Below are positions 28,591 through 38,464 of a DNA stretch of 64,000 nt, piece by piece. The notes below the pieces were generated by a model. The model searched no databases, was not told the origin of the DNA, and saw nothing but the letters and a program-made list of their open reading frames with translations. The position numbers were made by a program, and so were the translations under genes. The DNA comes from a bacterium (GTDB lineage Bacteria > Patescibacteriota > Minisyncoccia > UBA6257 > Colwellbacteraceae). The stretch is from contig JAJYME010000006.1 in assembly GCA_021787205.1 (NCBI GenBank), positions 15,644 through 79,643 of the forward strand, given 5' to 3'. The number at the start of each line of letters is the position of its first letter. The stretch's first letter is position 1.

Positions 28591-28929
28591 GGAGACATAA
28601 AAAGCCGCGTTATATACAACGCGGCTTTTCTAACCCGACTTTAAGTTAGACTCCCGGCTAATGCCAGATTGGCAGTCCTCAATTTTAACCCACGGGTTAA
28701 AAAAATGTTGGATAGCCTTAAAAAATTATTTGATCCGGAATCTAACTTGTCGGATAATTTTATTATATATGACTGTTAAGAACAGTAAATATCAAAAAAT
28801 AAAAGACTTTTTTCAGACTTGACACTCATTCACTTCCTAAGACCTAAAATGATTTTTAACGCAAGAGGACTTATTCACAATCAGCATAAAAAAACAGCAA
28901 CTTAAAGCTGCTGTTTTCATATTTGACTT

Positions 28930-29532
28930 CTATTCCAAGATTCCATCGAGATTGACATCATACAAAAGCGATTCGGAAATAAGCTTATAAGCAATCAACT
29001 CGTTCTCCGAGAACCAAAGCATAATTTCCTTCTCCGCCTCTTCAACCGATCCGGAAGCATGGACAATATTTCTAACCGCCCTGCTGTCAGTATCTGCCAA
29101 GATGTAAGAGTCGATAGTCAAATCCCCCCTGATGGTTCCGACATCAGATGAAGCCGGCTCAGTGCTGCCGACAATCTTCCTGGTCGTTGTGACTGCTCCG
29201 ACTCCTTGCCAAACCATGGCAACGACCGGTCCGGCTGTAAAGTACTTGATCAAACCGTCCAGGACTCTCTTTCCAGCTTCTTCCGGATTTTTATTCGGGG
29301 CCTCTAAGCCCTTCTTCTCATAAGCAGAAATAGCCTTATTGCCGACTTTGACCAACCATTCTGGATCGATCAAGTAATGCTTGTTTACCAATTCGCTGGT
29401 CGGAACGATCATCTTGATGGCAATCAACTTCAAACCGACTCTCTCAAATCGGGAGATTATCTCTCCTATCAAAGCCCTTTGGACTCCCTCTGGCTTTACT
29501 ACCACTAATGTTTTTTCCTTCTTGATATCCAT
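28930..29532 (-). CDS. ndk: Nucleoside diphosphate kinase with an insertion and a C-terminal extension
   Basis: VVVKPEGVQRALIGEIISRFERVGLKL, GPVVAMVWQG, TIRGD and NIVHASGS (active-site His) motifs. Confidence 0.85.
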   Translation of the reverse strand: MDIKKEKTLVVVKPEGVQRALIGEIISRFERVGLKLIAIKMIVPTSELVNKHYLIDPEWLVKVGNKAISAYEKKGLEAPNKNPEEAGKRVLDGLIKYFTAGPVVAMVWQGVGAVTTTRKIVGSTEPASSDVGTIRGDLTIDSYILADTDSRAVRNIVHASGSVEEAEKEIMLWFSENELIAYKLISESLLYDVNLDGILE

Positions 29533-29555
29533 AGTAAATGAATTATATCACAATA

Positions 29556-30953
29556 TTATTTTTGAATCTTTAAATGAAGCTCCTTTAACTGCTTCTCTTC
29601 CACTTCCGCCGGAGCGGACATCATGAAATCCCTGCCATCTCCCGTCTTCGGGAAGGCCATTACCTCTCTGATATTCGGTTCGTTTTCCAAAATCATCATC
29701 AAACGGTCAAAGCCGAAAGCTAATCCGCCGTGTGGCGGGGTGCCATAATCAAAGGCTTCAAGCATATGCCCGAAGTTGTTTGATATCCTCTCCTCGGCAT
29801 AACCCATGATTTCAAAAACCTTTCTCAGCGCCGCCGATTGGTGATTCCTGATAGATCCGCCTCCTATTTCGAAACCGTTCAAGACGATATCGTATTGGGT
29901 AGTCAAGATTTCCGGAATGTTTTTCTTATTCATCAAATCTTCCATGAACTCTGGCTTAGCTGCAGAAAACGGGTTGTGAGTGAAAGTCCATCCCCCTTCA
30001 TCGGCTTTCTCGAAAAACGGGAAATCAATGACCCAGCAGAAAGCCAAAAGGTTTGGATCTTCCTTGTTCTCCCTGATATCCGGCCTGTCGGTTCCATACT
30101 TTTCCATCGCCTCCTTATAAGTGATCTTCGGGAAGGGCATTTGTTGGATTTTCTTTTGGGGATAAACCTCTTGGACGAATTTGATAAGAGCGCCTTCAAT
30201 CATCTCCATGACATCCTCCCTGTTCACAAAGCTCATTTCGAGGTCGAGCTGGGTAAACTCCGGTTGTCTGTCGCCTCTAGTATCTTCATCTCTGAAACAC
30301 TTGGCGAATTGATAATATCTCTCGAGTCCAGCCGCCATCAGAAGCTGCTTGTATTGCTGGGGAGATTGGGGCAGGGCGTAAAAATTGCCCGGATAAACTC
30401 TTGAAGGCACAAGATAATCGCGCGCTCCCTCCGGAGTTGATTTGGTTAGGACCGGGGTTTCCACTTCGGTGAAATCATTTGCCGCCAAAAAATCTCGGAA
30501 GAACTTGAAGGTCTTTGCCCTGTTCCTCATATTCTTGGCCATTCTCGGACGTCTGAGGTCGAGATAGCGGTATTTCATCCTGATATCCTCATTTATATCC
30601 TTTCCATCAGTCGTGACGTCGATCGGAGGAGTAAGAGACTCATTTAAGATTTCCAACCCTTCGACCTGCATCTCCACCGTTCCGGTGACGATTTCCTCAT
30701 TGACCATCGAAGCCGGTCTCTCGGAAATCTTGCCGGTAAGCTTCACCACCCATTCGTTACGCAAGTTCTTGGCAAGCTCGTAGACGGAATTGTCTCCGTC
30801 TTTCTTGGGGAAGAAAACGGTCTGAATGATCCCGGTTCGGTCGCGAAGGTCGATGAAAATCAACTTACCGTGATCGCGTCTGGAATCAACCCAGCCCATT
30901 ACCTCTACCGTCTCCCCTATTTTTTTTACTGTATCCTTGATTAAGGTACGCAT
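29556..30953 (-). CDS. aspS: Aspartyl-tRNA synthetase, short form lacking the GAD insertion (465 aa)
   Basis: Class II motif 2 FRDEDTRGDRQPEFTQLDLEMSF, plus an N-terminal OB anticodon-binding domain. Confidence 0.85.
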   Translation of the reverse strand: MRTLIKDTVKKIGETVEVMGWVDSRRDHGKLIFIDLRDRTGIIQTVFFPKKDGDNSVYELAKNLRNEWVVKLTGKISERPASMVNEEIVTGTVEMQVEGLEILNESLTPPIDVTTDGKDINEDIRMKYRYLDLRRPRMAKNMRNRAKTFKFFRDFLAANDFTEVETPVLTKSTPEGARDYLVPSRVYPGNFYALPQSPQQYKQLLMAAGLERYYQFAKCFRDEDTRGDRQPEFTQLDLEMSFVNREDVMEMIEGALIKFVQEVYPQKKIQQMPFPKITYKEAMEKYGTDRPDIRENKEDPNLLAFCWVIDFPFFEKADEGGWTFTHNPFSAAKPEFMEDLMNKKNIPEILTTQYDIVLNGFEIGGGSIRNHQSAALRKVFEIMGYAEERISNNFGHMLEAFDYGTPPHGGLAFGFDRLMMILENEPNIREVMAFPKTGDGRDFMMSAPAEVEEKQLKELHLKIQK

Positions 30954-30956
30954 TTT

Positions 30957-31191
30957 TTATTTTTTATTATTAACCTTTTGTTACTAAAAACGCCCTCACA
31001 CACTCAAAAAAATGAGTATGTAAGGGCGAGTGAAAGTTTCGCGGTACCACCTTACTTTCCATAAGCTTTTAATTACAAGGCAATCTTTCTTATGGCTTTA
31101 TCGAAGCGTTAACGGGCTTCTCCCGTGAAGTTCTACTCTCCCAAAGGATTTCTTCTTCAAGCTCGGCTGTGTTGGCAGCGTCACGGCTTAT
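30957..31191 (-). promoter_or_regulatory. T-box riboswitch leader with intrinsic terminator, upstream of aspS
   Basis: Minus-strand AAGGTGGTACCGCG T-box sequence (plus 31040-31053), immediately followed by the terminator hairpin CGCCCTTACATACTC…GAGTGTGTGAGGGCG and TTTTT. Confidence 0.7.
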
Positions 31192-31198
31192 TGGTTGA

Positions 31199-31227
31199 TT
31201 TATACCATAAATCAATAAAACCCGCAA
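31199..31227 (-). promoter_or_regulatory. Putative sigma70-type promoter driving the T-box/aspS transcript
   Basis: Minus strand TTGCGG, a 17-nt spacer, then TATAAAT. Confidence 0.4.
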
Positions 31228-31232
31228 ATTCC

Positions 31233-32072
31233 CTATTTCTCTAACTGGATATCCCCCTCATAATCCGTCCTTCTGATCTTGGCTCCGGCAAGAATCAATC
31301 TCTGCAGCGTCTCTTTTGCCGGATGTCCGTAGAAATTCTTTCCGACAGAGATTATCGCGAGCTCCGGCCGCACGTATTTGAGTAACCTGTCCCCAGTTGA
31401 GGACTTTGCTCCATGATGGGCCACCTTCAAAATATCAGCTCTCAAAAGCTTTCCGTATTTTCGCATCAGCTTCTCTTCTGCCTTTTGGCTTATATCCGCC
31501 GCAAACAATATCCTCTTGGGCTTGGCAATCGCGAAAATCACGATGGAATTGTCATTATCACCCTTAAGCTTCATCCTGATGTCCGGAGATAGGATTTCCA
31601 ACTGCTCTTCACCAAAATCGATCTTTGTTCCGGAGGTGACCGCCGTTACCCTTGTCCCTCTAGCCCTCGCGATATTCATTGCCTCGAATAATTCATAAGG
31701 CATTGAAGTCGTATCGGGGTAAGTTTTTCCATCAGCAGAAGGAAAGACTAAGGCGCCTATTTCATATCTCTTGGCAATTTCCAAAGCTCCGCCGGAGTGG
31801 TCTTTGTCATAATGGCTTATAAAGACGACATCGAGATATTTCCTTCTGCCCAAATACTCTCCGATCTTCCTGACAATTCCTCCTTCCGGCCCGGTATCAA
31901 CGAGATAAATATGACTCCCCGATTGGGATAGCGCCGCATCTCCTTGCCCGACATCCATAAAGACATATCTCTTGGGAGTTGGGGCAATCATAAGAGCTGA
32001 TACCGCATTAAAGAATATCAGCAAAATAAGCAATGGTTTTGATTTCATAATGTAAAAGGATATTTGCGACAA
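31233..32072 (-). CDS. comEC: ComEC/Rec2 C-terminal metallo-beta-lactamase domain protein (separate ORF)
   Basis: DVGQGDAALS and ISHYDKDHSGG (HxHxDH-type MBL) motifs. An N-terminal hydrophobic segment is present. Overlaps the upstream ORF by 65 nt in a different frame. Confidence 0.7.
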   Translation of the reverse strand: MSQISFYIMKSKPLLILLIFFNAVSALMIAPTPKRYVFMDVGQGDAALSQSGSHIYLVDTGPEGGIVRKIGEYLGRRKYLDVVFISHYDKDHSGGALEIAKRYEIGALVFPSADGKTYPDTTSMPYELFEAMNIARARGTRVTAVTSGTKIDFGEEQLEILSPDIRMKLKGDNDNSIVIFAIAKPKRILFAADISQKAEEKLMRKYGKLLRADILKVAHHGAKSSTGDRLLKYVRPELAIISVGKNFYGHPAKETLQRLILAGAKIRRTDYEGDIQLEK

Positions 32073-33342
32073 AAGAGACGAACCAAGAAACGATTCCCAA
32101 CTTATCTCCGATAAGCGAGGTCAGAAAAACGAATAAGTAAGTGATGGGGATAAGGGAGATTATTGCCAGATTGGCGATGAGCCCGATCGGGGCCACGGTT
32201 ATGCCGTTCCAGAGGATCACCGGTGTGACCGCCAGTTGGGCGGAGACGGTTTCTGAAAAGCCCATTTTGTTGATTATTTTTCCGACGGAAATCTTGTCGA
32301 CTGCTTTTGAAATTCCCCCAGAAAAGGTCGCAAGGCCTAGGATTGCCGCAAAGGAGAGTTGGAAACCCAGATCGCCGGAAACCCCCGGGTCAAAAAGGCT
32401 CATTGTGAAAGCGGAGAAGGCAAGCGCGTTTCTAAGCGAATACTTCTTTCCAAAGAACGCGGCTAAAATAAAAACCGATCCCATTATCACCGACCGCAAA
32501 AGAGAGGCGGAATATCCGGCCAATAACCAAAGTATCAAAATCAATATGATTGAGAAAAACAAGGCTGAACGCCGCTTTAAGAATATCCCCAGTATTGAGA
32601 TCGAGACCGTCATTAAAATCATCACGTTCCAACCGGAGAGAGCGACGATATGGCTTGTCCCCGTCTTTCTTAAATCATCCTTGAATTCCTTGGAAAATCC
32701 GGAAGTGTCACCCAGAAGCAAACCGTTGGCCAGTGCCGCCTCAGACGCCGGCAGCGACCTCCCTATGTTTTCAAAGAGCCAATCTCGGACAGTCTCAACT
32801 AGCAATCCCGTTTTGTTTTTTGAGTGCTCGACTAATGTGATCTTTTGCTTGTTAAGATACGCCCCGGCGCTCCTAATCTGGTAAACAACTCCCTCGATTC
32901 TGACCCTATCACCGATATGAAAATCCCCTCCATCAGTCAAGATATTAAAGTCACCCTTATCTGTCCTGACCTTAACCAGGATATAAGACGGAGAATTATG
33001 AATAAAATCCTTGATTGTACCGATTGCCTTTATTTTCTCCCCGACTAAAAAAACCGCCCGGTAATTGGCTTGATGGATCCAGGCATAGCCGGAAAAGACC
33101 GCCAAAGAAATGAAAATGATGCCAATGACTTCCCTGAAGACCTTTTCTTGGAAAATAAGAAATGACCCGATCATAATTGCCGCCAAAGAAAAAGCCGCCC
33201 AATGCAAATTGAAGTTAACCAGGCTCATCCCTATAAAACCAAAGAGGAAGAACACAAAGACGGCATCATATGCCACCAACTTTCCCCGCTTCAAAGACGG
33301 CAATATTTTTGAAAAATCAAAAAGACGCATCGTGTTTATCAA
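32008..33342 (-). CDS. comEC: ComEC/Rec2 N-terminal part (DUF4131-like OB region and polytopic competence membrane domain)
   Basis: 444 aa with VKVRTDKGDFNILTDGG…RVRIEGVVYQ, then more than 8 TM segments typical of the ComEC competence domain. Confidence 0.7.
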   Translation of the reverse strand: MINTMRLFDFSKILPSLKRGKLVAYDAVFVFFLFGFIGMSLVNFNLHWAAFSLAAIMIGSFLIFQEKVFREVIGIIFISLAVFSGYAWIHQANYRAVFLVGEKIKAIGTIKDFIHNSPSYILVKVRTDKGDFNILTDGGDFHIGDRVRIEGVVYQIRSAGAYLNKQKITLVEHSKNKTGLLVETVRDWLFENIGRSLPASEAALANGLLLGDTSGFSKEFKDDLRKTGTSHIVALSGWNVMILMTVSISILGIFLKRRSALFFSIILILILWLLAGYSASLLRSVIMGSVFILAAFFGKKYSLRNALAFSAFTMSLFDPGVSGDLGFQLSFAAILGLATFSGGISKAVDKISVGKIINKMGFSETVSAQLAVTPVILWNGITVAPIGLIANLAIISLIPITYLFVFLTSLIGDKLGIVSWFVSFVANILLHYEIKTIAYFADIL

Positions 33343-33373
33343 TGCGCCTCTTTGTGCGTCTTAATACCTTATA

Positions 33374-34453
33374 TTATACTATGACCCCGCCGCCCACCAT
33401 CTCTCCTTGCTCGCTGTAAAAAACGGCTGATTGCCCTTTGGCAATGAATTTCTGCGGCTCTTTGAAATCAAGTCGCCAATTCTTCTCGCCTTGGATTAAT
33501 GTTGCCGGGAAAAGGGGTTGACGATAACGGACTCGCGCCATCACTTCAATTGGTCTGTTTGGAATCTCCTTCGAGGTGAAGTTTATCTCTGCCAGGTTGA
33601 CTCCTTCCGAGAATAAGGCCGGATTATCACCTCCCTCCGCCACTATCAAGGAATTCGTCTTGATATCCTTATCAATCACATATCTTGCGATTGTTGGCTC
33701 ATTCCCCTTCTTTCCCGTCACCACCTTTACTCCCAGATGTCTCTGACCGATGGTATAGAATGATAATCCTTCGTGCTCACCGATTACCCTTCCCTCCGTC
33801 GTGACAATCGGACCGGGATCGGTCTGGATATAAGCCTTCAAGAAATCTCTCATAGAGACGTCTCCTAAGAAGCAGATTCCCTGGGAATCTTTCTTGTTAG
33901 CCGTCGGCAAATGGGCAAATGAAGCAAAGGTCCTAATTTCAGACTTTTGATAAGGACCGACTGGAAAAAGGGATCTGTTTATCTGGTCTTGGGATAAGGT
34001 CCATAAAAAATATGTCTGGTCCTTATTCAGGTCGTTGGCGATAAATAGCTTGCTGTTTCCTCCAGACTGTTTTTGAAGGACATAGTGACCGGTCGCAATG
34101 TAGTCCGCCCCCATCTCCATTGCCTTTCTCATGAAGAGTCCGAATTTTATTTCCTTGTTGCACATAACGTCGGGATTGGGGGTGATCCCGTTCTTATAAC
34201 TGGAAATCATGTAGTCCACGACTGCCCTTTTATATTCTTCTTCCATGTTCCAGACGTAGAAAGGAATTTTCAAGACTTCTGCCGAGCGTCTGGCATATTC
34301 CGCGTCTATGTCTCCGCAACCATCGACATTGTAGCCTCGGATATGGACACCGATAACCTCATACCCGGCGCGAAGCAAAAGCAAAGCCGCGACTGAAGAA
34401 TCAACTCCGCCGCTCAATCCAACAAAAACTTTTTGTCTCCCGTTCTGAATCAT
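33374..34453 (-). CDS. mnmA: tRNA-specific 2-thiouridylase MnmA
   Basis: VGLSGGVDSSVAALLL PP-loop and catalytic Cys residues. 359 aa. Confidence 0.85.
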   Translation of the reverse strand: MIQNGRQKVFVGLSGGVDSSVAALLLLRAGYEVIGVHIRGYNVDGCGDIDAEYARRSAEVLKIPFYVWNMEEEYKRAVVDYMISSYKNGITPNPDVMCNKEIKFGLFMRKAMEMGADYIATGHYVLQKQSGGNSKLFIANDLNKDQTYFLWTLSQDQINRSLFPVGPYQKSEIRTFASFAHLPTANKKDSQGICFLGDVSMRDFLKAYIQTDPGPIVTTEGRVIGEHEGLSFYTIGQRHLGVKVVTGKKGNEPTIARYVIDKDIKTNSLIVAEGGDNPALFSEGVNLAEINFTSKEIPNRPIEVMARVRYRQPLFPATLIQGEKNWRLDFKEPQKFIAKGQSAVFYSEQGEMVGGGVIV

Positions 34454-34499
34454 TTTATAAGCAAAAGGGCCCGCGATTGCGAGCCCGCATTGATGCCAA

Positions 34500-34802
34500 T
34501 TATTCTTCGGCTTTGGGTAAGATGATAATCATCCGTTCGCCAGCAACTTTCGGGTTATTCACTTCCCTGCGCTCCTCGCCCTTGGCTTCCATGTCCAGGA
34601 CAATCTTAAGCCAGGGGTTCGCTTCGGTAATCTCAAGAGTCTGGATCCGGTCGGCCGGGTCAGGCTCCTCGGGGCAGTAAAAGGTTACCGTCCGAACAGC
34701 CACGCACTTCTGGCCGATCTCGATGGCAATCCTCATTACCTCCTGCTCATGGATGCTCAGAGTCATCTCCAAGATTTTTTCATTCGTCCCTTCGCTACTC
34801 AT
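34500..34802 (-). CDS. Hypothetical protein (100 aa)
   Basis: Clean ORF in an operonic position between efp and mnmA. No recognisable motif. Confidence 0.3.
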   Translation of the reverse strand: MSSEGTNEKILEMTLSIHEQEVMRIAIEIGQKCVAVRTVTFYCPEEPDPADRIQTLEITEANPWLKIVLDMEAKGEERREVNNPKVAGERMIIILPKAEE

Positions 34803-34941
34803 ACAACAAACACTCTCCTTCTTCGAAAAATATTTGGCTTTAAAGAGCCAGTATCCCGAATTCCTTTGGGATGTCTAATCATATTAACACATATTTCAAA
34901 TTTAGTCAAAATAAAACCGCCTTTTGGGCGGTTTTATTGGT

Positions 34942-35520
34942 TTAGATATTCTTTGAGGTGGAAATACGCTCAACATAAGTATTGGTTTCCGTATTTACCT
35001 TGATGACATCCCCTTCGTTAATGAACAAAGGCACGGTCACTTTGGCTCCACCCTCGACGGTGACAAGCTTGTCTCCGCCCTGGGCAGTATTGCCCTTTAA
35101 GGCTGGGGGCGCTTCCGTCACCATCAAATCCATCTTGACCGGAAGAGTAATCTTAATCGGTTCGTCGGATATGGTGAGGATATTGACCGGGGTATTAGCT
35201 TTAAGATATTTTCCGGCATCTCCGATCAGCGTTTCGCTCAAAGAAAAGCGAGTCTTCGGATTTCCCGGTTCTTGGAACCAATATTCCCCACGGTTTGCGT
35301 AAAGGAAAGTGAATTCCTTTCTGGAATACTCCGCTTCCTCGATGTGGTCGGATGCCTGCCAGGTTCGGTCGACAACCTTTCCGGTTTTGAGTTGCTTCAT
35401 CCTGGTCGTCACCGTCGCCTTTCTCTGTTGCATTCTCATGAATTCAACGTCAACGATTTCGTACGGTTCATTGTTCCAGATGATGATCATCCCTTTTTTA
35501 AGTTCGGTATATGAAATCAT
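34942..35520 (-). CDS. efp: Elongation factor P
   Basis: 192 aa, with KPGKG replaced by KTGKV in loop I, and three OB/KOW-like domains. Confidence 0.85.
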   Translation of the reverse strand: MISYTELKKGMIIIWNNEPYEIVDVEFMRMQQRKATVTTRMKQLKTGKVVDRTWQASDHIEEAEYSRKEFTFLYANRGEYWFQEPGNPKTRFSLSETLIGDAGKYLKANTPVNILTISDEPIKITLPVKMDLMVTEAPPALKGNTAQGGDKLVTVEGGAKVTVPLFINEGDVIKVNTETNTYVERISTSKNI

Positions 35521-35522
35521 AG

Positions 35523-37013
35523 TTATTTTTCAGTTTGTTCTTCTTCGGTTATCGGACTGCCCGTGTGATTGATCGAATCCACTTTTTTGGATTCGGCGGA
35601 CTCCTCTTTCGATTTTAAGAGATCCGATAGGGCGTCTCTTAAATCATGAAGTTCTTCTTCGGTCTTTTCCTTTTTAACCGGTTTCAAAATGTCCTTGGGA
35701 GAAACCTCGTTTCTTCTTACTGCCCGGGACTCAACCGATTCTTTGGTTTCCCACTTCTCGGCGACTTGTTTCTCAACAGTCGCTCTGGGCAAAGTGTAAT
35801 TTCTCCTTGAGTTCTCGATTATGAGATCAGTAAAGGTCTCCTCGGGAGCTCTTAAGAAGGGCATATTTTGGGCTGAAAACGGACGCGAAGCGACACCGTC
35901 TATCATCAACTTGAGATAAACGTTGTGCTTGGCCGTATTTACCAGGTCTTCAGCGGTGATTTCCGGAGAGAATTCTTTCTCCAAGCTCTCCGCGTCCTCC
36001 GCTCCGACCCTGAAAGCGACAATCGTTCCTACGTTACCGAAGACGGCGCCGCGGACAGAGTCGCTTAATTGTTCGATATATTGGTGGGCCAAGATCAGTG
36101 ACAGATGGTATTTTCTGGCTTCTGACAAAATGACCGCGAAAGAATCGGTTGAGAAGTTTTGGAACTCGTCGATATACAAGAAGAAGTCCTTGCGGTCTTT
36201 CTCCTGGATATCGATTCTGGACATCGCCGCTTGTTGCAACGTCGTGATAAGCATTGCTCCCAACAAGGCGGAATTGTCCTCTCCGACCCTTCCGTGCGAA
36301 AGGTTGGCAATAAAGATCTTCTCAGAGTCCATGATCTCCCTCATGTTGATGGAAGATTTGGGTTGCCCGATTATATTCCTGATCAAAGGGTTGGCAATGA
36401 ATTGCCCGACTTTGTTCTGGATGGCCGCCACCGCTTCTGCGGCGTAGCGGTCAGAGTATTTTCCAAATTCGTTTACCCAGAAGTTCTTGACCATCGGGTC
36501 TTCGATCCGGCTGACGATGTCATTTCTGAATTTCTCGTCAGAGAAAAGTTTCATGACATCGAGCAAGGTCGTTCCCGGAAATTCGATCAAGGCCAAAAGG
36601 GCGTTGTTCAAGATATATTCCATTCTGGCCGACCAGGCGTCAACCCAGATTTTCTTGAAGACTCCCATGATCCCGGAAGCCACCAAGTGGCTCCTGGATT
36701 TGTCGGTGACCTCAAGAGGATTGAATCCTATCGGGTAATCGATATCGGACGGATTGAAGTAGACTACGTCTTGGATTCTTTCCGCCGGGACGAAATCAAG
36801 CATCTTTTCGGCAAATTGCCCGTGAGGGTCAATAAGTCCCACTCCTCGGCCGGAACGGATATCGTCTACTATCATGTTCTCCATCATAGTAGTCTTTCCC
36901 GTACCAGTCTTACCGATCAAATACATATGGCGCCTACGGTCGTCGGTCTTGATTCCGAAGGTGGTAAGCTTGTTTCTGAAAGTTGTTTGTCCAAAAAAAT
37001 TGATATCGCTCAT
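35523..37013 (-). CDS. Soluble TraG/TraD/VirD4-like (FtsK-HerA superfamily) P-loop ATPase with an acidic C-terminal tail
   Basis: Walker A LIGKTGTGKTT, Walker B FFLYIDEFQNF, then ILAHQYIEQLS (the TraG-D_C-like DEF…Q..QL pattern). The last 60 aa are Glu/Ser/Lys-rich. No TM segment. Confidence 0.6.
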   Translation of the reverse strand: MSDINFFGQTTFRNKLTTFGIKTDDRRRHMYLIGKTGTGKTTMMENMIVDDIRSGRGVGLIDPHGQFAEKMLDFVPAERIQDVVYFNPSDIDYPIGFNPLEVTDKSRSHLVASGIMGVFKKIWVDAWSARMEYILNNALLALIEFPGTTLLDVMKLFSDEKFRNDIVSRIEDPMVKNFWVNEFGKYSDRYAAEAVAAIQNKVGQFIANPLIRNIIGQPKSSINMREIMDSEKIFIANLSHGRVGEDNSALLGAMLITTLQQAAMSRIDIQEKDRKDFFLYIDEFQNFSTDSFAVILSEARKYHLSLILAHQYIEQLSDSVRGAVFGNVGTIVAFRVGAEDAESLEKEFSPEITAEDLVNTAKHNVYLKLMIDGVASRPFSAQNMPFLRAPEETFTDLIIENSRRNYTLPRATVEKQVAEKWETKESVESRAVRRNEVSPKDILKPVKKEKTEEELHDLRDALSDLLKSKEESAESKKVDSINHTGSPITEEEQTEK

Positions 37014-37021
37014 ATGTTATT

Positions 37022-38449
37022 TTATTCGATTGGCAGGTTGACTGGAGGAGGCGTCTTCTTGGTCTCAACGGGAGCCAAGCCAGAGGCCTGTGATTTGCGA
37101 TTGACTGGAGGATGGAAAAGGGTCGCTAGCTCCTCCGCGTTCAAGATGAACGGTTCCGGAAGGTTCTTTTTATATTTTATTTCCAGGAACTCGATCTTGA
37201 AAAGATTCATGAAAGATACTCTCAGATTGTCGAACATATCCTCGACATTGCTGTAAGGATAGATCGTCCTCGCCTTGTAGTATCTGTACATCGTGTGTTT
37301 CCTCTGATCCAAGATCTCCTTTTTTCTGAAGAAGCGGCTCGGCTTGGTAAAGGTCGGGCCAGGTCTCAGGAAGTTAAGATGTTGGGTGTTAAATTGCTGG
37401 AAAGAAGACATCATTGCCGGGAAGTTAGTCTTGTCAAAAGACGCTTTCTTGTCGATGTAAATCATCCTGATGGATGTCTTGAAGGCTGATTTGCTCGCTT
37501 TCCTGTCGATGTTCCTTAAAACTTCGATATCAACCGGACTCAACTGTTCGTCTTTCTTGGCTTCTGGCTTTGCAGGCGCTTCCCATTCGGGGTGCGTTAT
37601 TGCCGCCATCATCAAATTCTTCCCGAATTCGGCTGAAGTTCCGGCGATACTCTCAAGAGCTCCTTTCTTCGCCTCAGCTTCCTTCTTATCCTTGAGGATT
37701 TTCTTAGTTATCTTCTTGACCGCATCCTTCAAATCTCCGGCTGAAGGAGAGATGACAATTTGGATGCACATCCTCTCCTCGCTGGACTTAAGTCCGGACA
37801 TGACTTCCGAAAGATGGGAAATCGGGTCTATTTCGTACTCCTCGAATTTTCTTTCTCCAAAGAAGTATGAATATGTTTTCAGCGGATAGGCGCTATCCTT
37901 TCCCAAAATCAAGTCGGTTCCTAAGATATCGTATTCGGAGTCAGGAAGGTCAGCCGGAAAATCACTGAGATAATCATTGGCTTCGACTATTTCCGTTTCC
38001 GGATATTGGGAGAATATCGCTTTTTCGAAAAGGGTTCTGTATTTCTTATTGACGCGGATGAAGAAGCGGATTCCCTCTTTCGAGGAAACCATCTCCAGCG
38101 CGGCTGATTCTTCGAACTGACCGGCAAGATACTTCTTCTCGGGCATGATTCCGAAGCTGTAAATCTGATAAAAGGCGGAAAAGACGTTTTCCATCGCCTT
38201 AGGAAACACTTCGTTGTTTCTCGGAAACTTCAATTCCAAGAAAATCCAGTTGAATTCTTTGTCATAGAACCTTTCCTGAGCTTCATCTAACCACCAATTA
38301 TGAAGGAAGGAGAACAAAAATTTTGCCAGGATGAAGGCTAGGACAAACCAGATAACAATGGAAAAAATCGGCTTTATGACACCGATTGTTTCCTTAACTA
38401 TATTCCAAAAATTGACGGTAAATAAATCAAAAATATCAAAGGCAGACAT
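37022..38449 (-). CDS. Single-pass membrane protein of unknown function (475 aa), partner of the ATPase
   Basis: N-terminal TM IFSIVIWFVLAFILAKFLFSF, then a large soluble domain with a Lys/Glu-rich central linker. Start and stop lie within 15 nt of the flanking genes. Confidence 0.5.
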   Translation of the reverse strand: MSAFDIFDLFTVNFWNIVKETIGVIKPIFSIVIWFVLAFILAKFLFSFLHNWWLDEAQERFYDKEFNWIFLELKFPRNNEVFPKAMENVFSAFYQIYSFGIMPEKKYLAGQFEESAALEMVSSKEGIRFFIRVNKKYRTLFEKAIFSQYPETEIVEANDYLSDFPADLPDSEYDILGTDLILGKDSAYPLKTYSYFFGERKFEEYEIDPISHLSEVMSGLKSSEERMCIQIVISPSAGDLKDAVKKITKKILKDKKEAEAKKGALESIAGTSAEFGKNLMMAAITHPEWEAPAKPEAKKDEQLSPVDIEVLRNIDRKASKSAFKTSIRMIYIDKKASFDKTNFPAMMSSFQQFNTQHLNFLRPGPTFTKPSRFFRKKEILDQRKHTMYRYYKARTIYPYSNVEDMFDNLRVSFMNLFKIEFLEIKYKKNLPEPFILNAEELATLFHPPVNRKSQASGLAPVETKKTPPPVNLPIE

Positions 38450-38464
38450 TAGGATAGGTAGTTG

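Noticed and set aside
36159-37256. Long antisense ORFs: 36159-37256 (+), 23081-23848 (+), 32141-32884 (+), 46974-47612 (-), 29838-30404 (+), 769-1260 (+) and 6250-6981 (+)
   Set aside because: All lie opposite well-supported conserved genes (ATPase, tuf, comEC, cysS, aspS, mrdA, rseP), have low-complexity composition and no recognisable motifs. They are shadow ORFs.
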